Below, piece by piece: positions 1 to 12,170 of a stretch of DNA of 64,000 bases; positions within the stretch are counted from its first letter, which is position 1; each line of letters opens with the position of its first letter. Location of the stretch: the NCBI GenBank assembly GCA_028534125.1, contig CM052817.1, positions 76,200,001 through 76,264,000 of the forward strand. The letters run 5' to 3'. The notes beneath the pieces are model-generated. The model was not told the DNA's origin and did no database searches. It saw only the letters and a list, made by a program, of their open reading frames with translations. The DNA is from Lama glama (taxonomy: Eukaryota). Position numbers and translations under genes: made by a program.

Positions 1-650
1 AAACTACAAATCTCATAAGGGATTAATAGCCAACATATACAAGAAACTCATACAACTCAATAGGAAAAAATCGAATAACTCAACTTAAAAAATGGTCAAA
101 GGACCTAAATAGTTAATTTTCCAAATAAGATGCACAAGCGGCCATCAACTCTATGAAAAGGTGCTCAACATCAGTAATCATCAGGGAAATGTAAATCAAA
201 ACCACAATGAGATATTATTTTATACTTATTAGAATGGCTATTATCAAGTAGACAGGAGATAACAAATGCTGCTAAGAATGTGAAGAAAAGGGAACCCTCC
301 AACACTGTTGTTGGAAATGTAGTTTGGTATAGCCACTATGGAAAATAGTATGGAGATTTTACTTAAAAAACTAAAAATAGACTTATCATATGATCCAGAA
401 ATCCCACTCCTGGGTATATATCCAAAGGAAACTCTAATTTGAAAAGATACATGCACTCTAATGTTCATAGCAGCACTATTTACAATAGGCAAGACATGGA
501 AGCAACTTAAACGTCTGTTGACAGATGACTGGATAAAGAAGCTGTAGTGTATATATACAATGAAATACCACTCAGCCATAACAAACAATTAAATAATACC
601 ATTTGCAGTAACATGGATGGACCTAGAGACTATCATAGTAAGTGAAGTAA
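1..650 (+). mobile_element. L1 (LINE-1) ORF2 3' fragment, runs off the window start, 3' UTR missing
   Basis: Typical L1 ORF2 C-terminal motifs (atgttcatagcagcactatttacaata, gatgactggataaagaa, agtgaagtaa); similarity stops abruptly near 650. Confidence 0.9.
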
Positions 651-2494
651 GAGGCTAGTTCTTGTAGGTCTCTAACCTGAAACATACTAGAAAGATTTCT
701 TGGACTTCGATCAAATTGACATGCCAAAAAATCATCAGAGCAATAGCTTATTTATTTATAATTATATTACATGTTAGATTTGTTTCAAAGGCAAATTAAA
801 CTCTCCATATTTGCAAACTTGATCATTCTGTTACTTTTAAAAGTTACATTTAGAAGTATTTCTATGTGCAGGTGTGTGTGTACACTTTATATATTATGAG
901 ACAATTTGATCCTTTGAATACAAGTTGATATATTTTAATATATTCTTGGATGTTTAAATTTCTTTTTCTATCTTTGCTTTTTGATGTCTTATAATCTTGT
1001 TATTGGTCCTCCCTATCTATTATTACCAACTAAGACTAGATTTTATAATGTGGTTCTAGCTTCTTGCTCACTAGAGACAGTATAAGTACTACATAAGTAG
1101 AAACTGGACAGTTGAGCAGTAGGGTCAGTTCCTGATGCAATGAGCTGTGTTATTTTCTCTGGCTTTTATAGGTCCCTGGCTTCATATTTCTGAAACTGCA
1201 CATAATCATTGGCAACAGTTCTGTTAGATCATCTCGCAAGAGTGACGAGAAAGGCAACCCACGGCCCCAGGTGCAAACAGTGATCTTAGCTGTGGTCCCC
1301 CATTTCATACGGAAAATTAGTCCATGTTACCATCAGTCTGGTTTCTAGATAACACTTCCTGACCACAATTCTTGTCCTCCTTTGGCATATCTTTCACAGT
1401 GTATTTATTCTGTGTTAGAGTATGGATATTGTCTTTTCTTCAATGTTGACATTTAACGTTTATTTATTATTGCAATGTTTTATAAGCATCATTTACGTCA
1501 TAGGGTTCAAAGTGTGAATTTATGATGCCATTCTGAATTAGAGTCTTCTGTTGTATTGAACACACTTCACATTATTGCCGATTTTTTCTTCTATCAATTT
1601 GAATCAGATATATTCTAAATCTATTTTTAGTGGTTATTGTAAATTTACAACATGCATTCTTAGTTTCAGTTTTCTTTTTCTAATGAATTCTCAAGCTACT
1701 CATTATTTTTATCCTGCTCAAATCGGACCAGAATTATAGAATCATTTACCATTTAGCCAACCTCAAATCAGCTATTATTGTTTTATTTTATAGTTATAAC
1801 TTATTTAGATTTAGTCACATGTTTTTCCTTCCAAATTTTCTTTTTCCCTGCACGGTATTCATTTGTGCATTTCAATTTTTCCATTTAGGTTCAATTTCCT
1901 TCTTGACTTATATCAAATAGAAGTATGCTACTGGAAAACTAGCTGAACATTTTATGGGAAGATGTGGCTTTTAGGAATGTTGGATTCAGCAGTTCAGACA
2001 AGCCTCAGAGTCTATTCTGTTTACCCCTTTTGTGCTACAAAGATGGATTTCAGTAACACTAGGGCCATTCCTGCCCCATAGAAACCCAGCAAAAGAGTCT
2101 TACAAATGTCTTGGGCTACACTTTCATTGCACCAGGTTATCCTGATCCAGTCACTGGGGTAAGGAAAATGAATTTCAAAATGAAATTAACAGCATTAAAC
2201 CCCTATTTCTTGAGAATGGGTTACGCATGGTTGCTTTTTTTTTCCAGAAAGAGCTGTAGATGGATGCTGGGAGCACTGCAGCCATCAACTGCATTTAGTC
2301 ATATGACTAAAATCTATGGACGGCTGGAGTCATTGTATCCAAATCAAAAAGTATATATATTTATGTATATATCCTGAGAATCAACAACACTTTTTATACA
2401 CACATGTGTGAAAATCTCCAACATTTACAGAACACTGTCAAAAATTATTATATTGGGATTGAAAGATTCTAGAAGGCATAGTGGTTATAATCAC

Positions 2495-2612
2495 TCATAT
2501 CTTTTTAGAAATGTAGAAATTGAGGAGCCAACAGAAGTTAAGAAATTAAAAACTGTGAGTAGTAAGTGAGGAATCATGATTTTGGATCCAGGTTTTCTGA
2601 TTCCAAAACCAC
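2495..2612. mobile_element. MIR SINE core fragment
   Basis: tttagaaatgtagaaattgagg...agaagttaag...gatttggatccaggttttctgattccaaaacc resembles the MIR core. Confidence 0.6.
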
Positions 2613-3382
2613 GTTATTCAAAGATTAGACTTTTATTCATGTTCATCTGTTCTTATTCTCTCTTTCTCTCTCATAGATTATTCTCTGACATAGTATGAGG
2701 GAACAGGTTTAGAATTTTTCAAATTATAATAGTTAAATATTTATAACATATTTCATTTGTTTATGCACTATAGCAAATAAGGAACTGTACTTTTAAATGT
2801 CTGTTTCATTCAAACACACTAAATGTAATTCCTATGTGTACCTTCAAGTAGTTAAACTAATCAAGATTTTGCAAAGATAAACCTACATAAAATATGAATT
2901 ATGTGCACTTGTATACTCAATCTGTTTAATTCTCAATTATAATTATTTCTTTTTAAATTTTTTTAACTAATATGATCATAGGAAGAATAGAATACACATT
3001 TCAAGGGATTGGTAAACTTGGTATTTGGGGAAGGAAGTTGTAAGAAAAAAAATATAAAGGATAGAATATATCATTAGCCTTGTGGGGAAGATTCTTGCAA
3101 CATGTACTAAAATGCAACCGTTATCTGAAAGAAAAGTACTTTAGATTTATGAACAGTAACATCACAGAAAGCCGTGATATGAACAATTAAATATAAATAA
3201 GTTAATTTTAATATGACTTGGTAGTTCTGATTGATCTTCCAGAGCTCTGTTGACAATACATCAAGAATCAGTTTAGGATTCAGTAGAAAACAAAGTTTAT
3301 AATCCTTACATAATGAATGTTGATCCTCAGGCAATACAGGGATGTAAAAATGATTTAAAAATGCCCCTTTCCTGTGTAATCA

Positions 3383-3458
3383 ATAAAACTTCTTTCTAAA
3401 ATAGTTTAGGTTCAAAACATTCATAAAAACTTCTCTCTAAAATAGGTTAGGTTCAAAA
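3383..3458. repeat. Direct tandem duplication, about 40-bp period, 2 copies
   Basis: ataaaacttctttctaaaatagtttaggttcaaaa (3383-3417) repeated as ataaaaacttctctctaaaataggttaggttcaaaa (3423-3458). Confidence 0.9.
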
Positions 3459-4407
3459 TACTTGACTTGCTGTATTTGGAGTATTCCATCTAAACCACTT
3501 ATTATTATTTTTAAATACTGACTTATTAAACATCACATCCTCCAGCTTATTAGCTCCCTATTAGATGTATTATTTAAAAGCAATTCCTTTCAGCTTTTAT
3601 AACATTAAAATTTTAGGTTTTATTTTGTTTTCAAAGAATGCACAAAGCTAACTTCTGGAATTAATTATTAATTCCTTTTAAGTGTTAATGAGTCATTTAT
3701 ACATACATTTACACATTATATAATGAAACTTCCTGTACTGTCATGATTTTTAATTTATACTCGCTTTCTGTCAACATTTAAGAATTGTGGTAATATGATT
3801 TATGTTACAGTTTGATTATATACAAATGTATATAGATTTTAAGTTGCATGCTCACTGTCTATTTAAAAAATGTTCTTATCTTCAGGAAAATTTTATGATT
3901 TACGAAGCACAAAAATTTGGAACTTAACTTTCATGTATAAAGTTTCTATGAAACTGCCTTTTGATGAATTTTCATTTATGTAATGAATTTAATAAGAATG
4001 CATATATGTTCTAGGACTATGCTAATAATAATATACTATCTCATTCAAATAAAAATCACCTCAATATTTTAGATATCTGTGCCTCATCACTTAACTCTTT
4101 TTCTATTGTTTCTAATTATAAATACTAAAATAAATTTAATGTTAAATAATTACATTATTTTCATGGTATAATATGTATATATGAGTGTGAATGTCTGTTG
4201 TTGGACTTTAATGCAATTTTAAGTTATGGTTCTGAAATAGATTTCAAAATTTGTTTGTATGTACCAGGGATATGTTACATAATGTTCCCATAATCCTTAA
4301 AGAGAAATAGAGAAAATACCTCTTGAATTACTATAATAACTTTACTGATTGCTTTAGGTTTGTTATGATAAATACAAAGTAATTACTGAGTTCTCATTAT
4401 ACTCAGA

Positions 4408-4443
4408 ACTTTACAGGGTTATCATACTTTACAGGGTTATCAT
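4408..4443. repeat. Perfect 18-bp tandem duplication
   Basis: actttacagggttatcat x2 (4408-4425, 4426-4443). Confidence 0.95.
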
Positions 4444-4444
4444 A

Positions 4445-4729
4445 TGTCAGCAGCCTTGAGTAGGCCGTGGGACCCAGGTCAAAGTTCACAATAACTTGCA
4501 TGTGTTAAGAAGTTAAATGTATGCATGCGCTAGTAGAGTGAATCAGCATTATGAACAATACGCATGCGCCACTAGCATTCTAAAAGGACAAGTAGGTACA
4601 CCTGAAGCGCCCACACCACCCGCTTGTACTGCAATAAAGTGCTGTTTTACTCCATGTCAGCTCCTCGCGCCTTCGTCCAGTAGGGCAGCTCACCTCCTTG
4701 AATCCTTCTTCAGCCTCCCTCCGCTGACA
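4445..4729 (+). mobile_element. Solo LTR, 285 bp, 5-bp TSD (TCATA), family not identified
   Basis: Starts TGTCAGC, ends GCTGACA; TCATA at 4440-4444 and 4730-4734; AATAAA at 4633-4638; 10 CpGs retained. Confidence 0.85.
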
Positions 4730-6793
4730 TCATATTTAACACTCACAACAATCACAATAATTCTGTATTGTTATTTTCCCCATTTCATAGATGAATAAAT
4801 TGAGGCACAGAGAATAAACAAGCTGTCCAAGAAAACACAGCTAGTAAATAGTCAAACCCAAGATGCACACCTGGGCAGATGGATTTGAATGTCTGTGATC
4901 TTAAGAACTGCACCAAACTGCCCCATCTACACAAAACCCCACAAAGGACATGAAGAAATGAGCCGGGGAGACTCAGAATCCCTATAGTCAGGAAGATCAA
5001 CTGATCGGCAGAGCAGAAGCAGTGCTGAATGGCTGTATGACGCACCTGTGGTGCTCTGTCCCTGCAGGCTGAATACGTTTCCTAATTTGGGTGCTTTCTT
5101 TCTACTTTCCTTTCATTTTTTTTTATACCCCTTCCATTTTCTAATGTTTTCAAAGTGTGATGGCTTCTGGAAAGCCTCTGACTCTGCATATGGCTCTAGG
5201 GAGTACGAAGCTCACCATCACGCTTTTTCAATTAGTCGAACATGCAATCCAAAGTAACCGAGGGTAGCAGGTTAGAAAACATGGGCTTTTTAACGATCGC
5301 ATATGGAGTCAACATGTATATCAGTACAAGCATTTCCTCTTAAATAAAACAATCTGATTTCATACATAAAATGCATTAGAAACATCCCAATTTCCTATCG
5401 AGATAGTTTATTTTCATTTTCCTTTTGCTGTTCTACTTTAGAAAAGACAACGCAATGACTAATGATGTGAAGTAAAAATAATTAAGAATTATGATGAATA
5501 AGGGGAATTAGTTCTCCTATCTTCACCCTTTTTTTCATTTTGCCTTCTTCTGGAGAGGGTGAAAAGTTAAAATGTTCCCCAGACTCCTATCAGAAGACTG
5601 GTTTCTGTCAATTAGATGGGCTCACTTGAGATGTGAAAGGTTGAAATGTCTTTGGCTTGGTTGTTTTTATGGCAGCAAACACAATTATGTGAAAAAATGT
5701 TTTTTTCTGAGCAAGATTTCAGTGTCCAGCCTCTTTCTTTTGGGAGGAGGGAAGTGGTCATGAAGCAACTGCAGTGGGGATAGTGGAGGTCTCTCCTCTC
5801 CCTTGCTTCCTGATAAAGCCAGAGCAGCAGCTCCCGCAGGGGACAGTCCCAAGGCATCTTGCAGTCATTCTTGGAGACTGAGACTAAAGCCATCTCCTCT
5901 AGCCTTTCTAATAATAATAGAATGAGAACTTAGATTATTAGTATATTATTGAATTCCTTTTCACTTGAAATATTTTAAGTAGATTTTTTTTCTGCAACAG
6001 AACCTTGGTGACATGATTTAATAAGCAATGGCAAATGTTCATGTCATGGAAAATGAAGGCAACTCATCTTTTATAACAAAACAGATAAACAAAGTGTTTT
6101 CCTGCTTGTATTAACAAAAATAAGATAATTTACAAGATAGATTGTTAGTTGGATAAAAAGACTCTATATCGAGCATTTAAATATAAAACAAATGTTTAGA
6201 AGTAACTGCTGTGGCTAATTAAACAATCTGAAAACACCTGCTTAAGTGGTTGGTTTCATTAGCTAGCAGAACTTCTTACAAATCCATGGGTAATCTCCAA
6301 ATGCAATATTTTTTCAAGTCTCTTCCAGCCCAACAGATATAAACCCACATTATATTGATACTTGTCAAATTACTAGTGAATCTTGAATCATGAGGAAAAT
6401 ATGTATGAGATTTAGAAGATCGTGGAAACAAGACAATATTCATAATAGATGGTAAATCGACATACCCAGTTTTATACACATATTGAGTGGAATTTATCTG
6501 TCTAGGTATAACCTAATCATTTCCTCCTCAAATGGCTGAATAATAGAGTGAAACTAATGGATGTGACCCAGCTTTTTAAGACATGTAATCCTCTGATAAT
6601 CTTAAAATTCTGTGAGACTCGAATGGTGTTTACAATAAAATCTTTAGGCATTGATGTCATGTATTGGGATTTACTCTTTTAAATCTAAACATATAACAAT
6701 ACAATTCCATTATGATTTTTTCTTTTTAAAAAAATTAGTGTATAGAAAAACCCCTTTATATAGACAAGCAGGACTGAATCAAAAAGTTTTGTT

Positions 6794-6948
6794 GGGGGAG
6801 GGTATAGCTCAAGTGGTAGAGTGCATGCTCAGCATGCATGAGATCCTGGGTTCAGTCCCCAGGACCTCCTCTAAAAATAGCCTAACCTAATTATCCTCTC
6901 CCAAAATAAGATAATGTAATATAGTAAAAAATAAATAAAATATTTTTT
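6794..6948 (+). mobile_element. tRNA-derived SINE of camelid type (Vic-1-like)
   Basis: ggggagggtatagctcaagtggtagagtgcatgctcagcatgcatgagatcctgggttcagtcccc with Pol III A/B boxes; A-rich tail; 11-bp TSD aaagttttgtt at 6783-6793 and 6949-6959. Confidence 0.9.
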
Positions 6949-7509
6949 AAAGTTTTGTTACCACAATGTCACTCAGTTTTTGAACTCTTCTAAGTTATTT
7001 GCTAAAGTTGCAAAGTGATATTTCCTTAAAGATGATTCTTAATGAGCCATCAGTTGAGAATGTGATTATTTTTTATGTCAAAATATTAAATGTGTTAAAT
7101 CTCTGGTGACATTTTTTAGGTACATTGCAGATGCCAGAGGTGAAACATACATGGACCCTGCCCACAAAGGGCATACAGTTTAGTAGCAGAGACTGATGAC
7201 AAAGACTAGGAAGGATATATCCACACATGGGGAAATGACAAAGGTCTCTAGAGATGTTTAGAAGTAGAGCTGTAGAATTCCTATGGTCTTCTTTCTCTCC
7301 AGGTTGTAGAAAAGAGCCTCCAAATCATACCATAGAAATATGAAAAGGAACAAGTATCTATAATATCAAAGGGAATCTTGCAAATAAAAGACAAAAAGAA
7401 AGAAAAGTTAAGTGAAAATTTAAGGTATAAATAATTTGCAATTGGCAGAATAAACTCAGATAGCTAACAAGAATAAGAAGAAATTTATGTACATACTTAT
7501 ATTAGAAAT

Positions 7510-7630
7510 ACTAACTAAAACAACAGGGGGATAGTGGTATGTACTCAATAGATTGGCAAACTCTGAGAGATGGATAAAGCCAAATGTCGGTAATGATGTG
7601 GAGAAATGGAAATATTCACATACTGTCTTT
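7510..7630 (+). mobile_element. Ancient L1 (L1ME-like) ORF2 3' fragment
   Basis: agattggcaaa...gataaagccaaatgtcggtaatgatgtggagaaatggaaatattcacatactg resembles the degraded L1 ORF2 end. Confidence 0.5.
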
Positions 7631-9042
7631 ATAACAAGTGATTTCGAAGAGTTAGGTTTCAAATCATCAGGATAATTTTAAAAACTGCTCAATTCTACTC
7701 TTAGTTCCTTAATTCTCTAGTAGAATTCAGGAATCTCAAATTGTAAATGACCCCAAATAACTTATATGTCCATAGAGGACTGGAGACCATTCATTGTCTT
7801 TAACTATATATTTTATTAACCATATATGTATGTAAATATATGTAAACTAAAGTATAAATATATAAATCACAGAATTAGGCATGAAATAGATAAAAGGAGA
7901 CTGGAATAATAAAATGAAATGCTGTGTGTGCATAATTTTTACAAAGTAGAAAGAAATTGGAATACAATGCAAAAGAGAGAGGAATGTCAAATAATTTTCA
8001 CCAATTTTTTATTAATCTTCTCAGTCACTCTTCAATTTTCTAATTCTGAGTTAGGTAAATCTCCTTTTTAGTCAGCGTGATATTTGTCTTTAGTCATGTA
8101 CATCTTCAAAATATTTTCATTCATTATAATTTTCAAAAAGTCTACTAATTTCATTTAAACCTGAATATTCTCATTCATAATCCTTAATATTTGTAACAAT
8201 GTATCTGAAGTCACATCATCACGACTTCTATATGTTTTATTTATTTTCTCCAAACATGGTAAATTCTTTAAGGGAATAAAAGTAATTCCTGCAGAACTGA
8301 AATAGAAAAGGATGGGACTCTAGTTCTTCAGAAGAGAAGTTCTTGATATCTGCTTTCTCTGACAACACACTATCTTAACAGTGGAAGCCAATTTCAGTTC
8401 TGGCTGATTCAAGAAATGGTTTTCTTTTTCTTTACTTACTTTTGTTGAGACTTTAGATATCAAAGACATTTATTTTCAAATTTTCACAGTTCTTTTGATC
8501 ACTTCACTGAATATATACTTTTGAATTACACTTTATGTAGTAATATGTCCTATTTTGTGTGTGTTGAAAGAAGAAATGTTAGCATTTAAAAAAATTTACT
8601 TCTGGTACAATGTTCTGGTAACAGACATGTTTAGATATATCGTTTAACTGTATTCTTGTGCCTGCAGGGAGTCCTAAAATGCTTACAGAAGATAAAAGTC
8701 AAGGAGGACACAGAAATAGATTTTAACTAAACTGTCTTCTAGCAGCCTTGATGTTTTTTGAAATTGTTTGTAAGACTTATTTGTGCCTTAGGCATTGTGC
8801 TTTTACAGAACATATAATCAATAAATAACTCAAAAAGTTTACAACTCAACTGACTTTGCTTCTTGTTTCCGTGCCCTGATTTCTTCATTGGAATTCTCGA
8901 GCATCCATATATTTTCCACCCTCGACCCACATTCCTGATATGACCAGTTTGAGGGCTATTTTGTTGTTGTTGCTGAAGAAGAAAAATGGTTGGGATTGTA
9001 AAACTTTAGTGGGACGGTGGATGGTCTGGTGGGCTTTCAATC

Positions 9043-9136
9043 AGACACAGGTTTTGATTTCCCTGTTTAACGTCAATGTGACTTTGACAAACACTACTTT
9101 TCAGAACTTCAGTTTTCTTATCTGCAAAGATAAATA
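9043..9136. mobile_element. MIR fragment
   Basis: tgtgactttgacaaacactacttttcagaacttcagttttcttatctgcaaa is MIR core-like. Confidence 0.55.
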
Positions 9137-9148
9137 GACCCCAAAAAG

Positions 9149-9150
<2 letters not shown>

Positions 9151-9215
<65 letters not shown>
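9151..9215. repeat. Compound microsatellite (TG)n(TA)n
   Basis: Near-perfect TG run followed directly by a perfect TA run. Confidence 0.97.
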
Positions 9216-9218
<3 letters not shown>

Positions 9219-9284
9219 CTAAAAAAACATATAAACTCTGAAGTGCTATTCAAATATAAAGTATTATTAAAATCACAGATTCCT

Positions 9285-9780
9285 AAGCCAGAAACCTAGA
9301 AGTCAGCAGCTGTGAGTCCTCATTGTCAGGCAGCACCCACTTCTTCATTCCATACCCGGCACTCTCACTCCCAAATGATCTCAAACCACAAACTCCCACC
9401 TCTCTCTGTGCACTGTCCCTCCCTTAGCCAGGACCCCATAGTTGGTACCTGGACTGTTACAACAGCCTCTGAACAGGCTTCTACTTATAATCCTAAAATA
9501 TTCTCCACACAAAAGCCAGAATGATCTTTGGAAACGTAGCTCAGGTCATTTCGTGACCTTGTTTGAAATTGTTCCCTGTCATAATAAAAGTCCTATACTT
9601 TATTTATCGTGTTCTTCATAGCCAGCTGTGATCTTGCACTAGCCTACGCTTTCAGCCTCATATCCACCCCCTTTTCCTTTCACTCACTAGATTTCAGTCA
9701 CACTCTGCTTCCCAGGCATATGGAACACTTCCGAATAGAATATAGGCATTTAATATATGTTTTGGGGTTGAATAAATGAA
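9285..9780 (+). mobile_element. L2 (LINE-2) 3' fragment
   Basis: cctggactgttacaacagcctc, ttctccacacaaaagccagaatgatcttt and terminal gttgaataaatgaa are L2 hallmarks. Confidence 0.7.
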
Positions 9781-9811
9781 GTAGCCTCTTTTAAATTGAA
9801 AGAAAGTGAAT

Positions 9812-9843
9812 TATGCACATGTATATGCACATGTATATGCACA
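9812..9843. repeat. 12-bp tandem repeat (tatgcacatgta) x2.7
   Basis: Directly visible. Confidence 0.85.
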
Positions 9844-10699
9844 AGTTATATGGTACATAGATTTGCAGGAAGAATAGAGTAAGTAAATATTTTTATTATC
9901 CAAAGAGAGTAACGAAAACATAAACATGTAAATAAATGCATAATATATATAGAAATATATATATGTATAGTAAAATAGATATACAGATGCTAAAATCCTT
10001 GCAATACAGAGAAATACAGCATGATTACAAGACAGAGTTTAAAACAAGTTCAACAGAAGATATAGTAGGAAAATAAACAGAAAATGCTCTGACATTGGAA
10101 GGCATTTTGAGTTGAAACAATTTTGAGTACCTCTTCAAGGAACTGAAAGAAAAGAGGAGGTGACATCCCAAAGGAAGCACGTGTGTAAAGTTTGGTTTTG
10201 GTTTTTGAGAGCTACAGAAATATAGAGGAAAACACCAATGAGGGCATAAATATATAATAAAAAAAACTCCTTAGAGAAATACATAGCAACAGTGAGGGAA
10301 TGCAAGAGTGAGAGAATGGGGTTTATATGTCAAATTTGTTTTTAGGTTAAGAAAATATTAAAGAATTCAAAGGTGTTTTATTACTTTCTTTTGTTAAACC
10401 TTTTAATTTTAATAATCATAAACCAAATACATGACATATATAATTTAAAGGTATAGTTTAATTATCTATGTTAGTGCCCTAAAGCAGGAAGTTTAGAAAT
10501 AAATTAAAATATTACTTTTTTAGATCAGTGAAATTTTAAATAATTCAAAACAGCATTTTGTTAAGGATCAGCAGATTATTAAAAACATCATAGAGGAATG
10601 GAATCCTAAATATGACTAATACTCAAGAGGGAAAGTGGAAGTGTTAATTATTAAAGGACTATTTTAAAATCTATGTAATATAATTCTAATACTTCTGTC

Positions 10700-11585
10700 A
10701 TCTCAGTGTGGGTGTTCATCGTGTGCCTTTTTCATTCAGCTTGAGATTTTCCTGGTTCTTAGTAGAATGAAGAATTTTTTATTAAACCCTGAACATTTTT
10801 GTTTTTAGGTTATGAGACTCTGTATCATATTTAAAACTTTTGTTTTAACTGGCTTCCTCTGAAATGGTTCTAGTAGAGAAAGGGGACAGCCACCTCTCTG
10901 CTGTAAGGCGGGTTAGGAATTTGGGTCCAGGTTCCCCACTTGGCCCCTGTTAGCATCCAAAGGAAGGGCTCACTGTTACTACCAGGCAGAGGCAGAGGTT
11001 CTAGCTCCCTTCTAGGCCTCTGCTGATACCCCTGGTGAGGGGAGTAAAAGTGCCTTGTTCTTACTCCTCATATTGTCTCCCTCGACACTGTGCGTGAAGG
11101 AGGAAGGCACGTGTAACTGATGGGAATGAAAGTCTCTACTCAGCCTCTCCGAGGTCAGCCCTCTGGGAGGATTCGGATGCCTGTTTATAGCCAGGAGATT
11201 GTGGAAGTCTAGAGGAGTGGGGTCAACTTATTTGTTGACTTATGTGTGTGTGTGTGTGGGGGGGGTGTTTGGCTGGGGCAGAGCAGTTATTATATGAAAG
11301 TTTCTTTTATCTTTCCAGAACCCCTTTCCTGGTTCTTTGGGCAGGCTTTTGTTGGGTCTTTTTTCTCTGCGTCTCTTGACATTTCTGGGTTGCTGTCTTC
11401 ATCTCTAAGTCTGGGATGTGTAAGACAGAGAGAAAACCCTAGGAACTCATTACTATTTTGTTCCTTGGGTCTCAAGGCCCTTCAGAATCTCCTTATGTGT
11501 TTACTTTTTAAATACAATATCCAGGGGTTTTAGTTTGATTTAGTGCGAAGAATAAGAAGAAGTATATTTACCCCATCTTCCTGGG
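10700..11585 (-). mobile_element. Ancient L1M-type 5' region, antisense
   Basis: gaacattttt...ttatgagactctg and tttgttgggtcttttttt...gacatttctgggttgctg resemble old L1M 5'-end consensus in reverse. Confidence 0.5.
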
Positions 11586-11959
11586 AGCTTAAAACATCTG
11601 TTCTCATTTGAAGCACAGGTATCATGTAGCTTCCTCAGGGATATAAGAAAGCCTCCATTCTCTAGTGCAGCTGAATACCATCAATACTGTGACCAATTAT
11701 TTGATAACAACCTCAACAATGAAGTATAGCTGCTTGCTCCAGATAAGGGTACTCAGCAGAACCTCATTTCTCTTGTACTCCAACAGTGTGAGTTAAGATT
11801 TTGAGAGAGGGTTAATCAAGAGTTAAATTCTTAAACAACCTGAGGCTGGAAGAAAGACTACAGAACAAACAACAACCCTTTCCTTCCACCAAATTTTCCC
11901 AAAGATTATACTTCAGTGTTAGTTCTGAGATGGAGCACCTAAAAGGGGTTTTATTATTG

Positions 11960-12170
11960 CACATTTGCAGTAACAAAATAGAGATGGCACAGTCGAAGTT
12001 GGTGAAGACTATTTACAGAAGTGAAGCATAATGAAAACTTAGGAACTTGGAAGAGCAGGAAGTCTTGACAACTAGGCAAAGATCAAGTATTAACAGAGCC
12101 TGAAGAGAGTTGGGCAAACATGAGAGGGTCCACATTTAAGGGACTGTAGCCACAGAAATGTGAAACCACT
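11960..12170. mobile_element. LTR33-like ERVL LTR, first part
   Basis: agatggcaca...gactatttacaga...gagagggtccac...gactgtagcc; appears to resume at 13680 after the MER45 insertion. Confidence 0.4.

Larger units (their letters stand above)
4380..4905. mobile_element. MIR SINE interrupted by the solo LTR
   Basis: Right part atttaacactcacaacaatc...ccccatttcatagatgaataaattgaggcacagaga...acacagctagtaaatag is MIR core-like; left part 4380-4444 continues it. Confidence 0.75.

Noticed and set aside
3383..4443. CRISPR-like direct repeats
   Set aside because: Two-copy tandem duplications without spacers in mammalian DNA
6794..6866. tRNA gene
   Set aside because: Has an AT-rich tail and TSD and a degenerate B box; it is a tRNA-derived SINE
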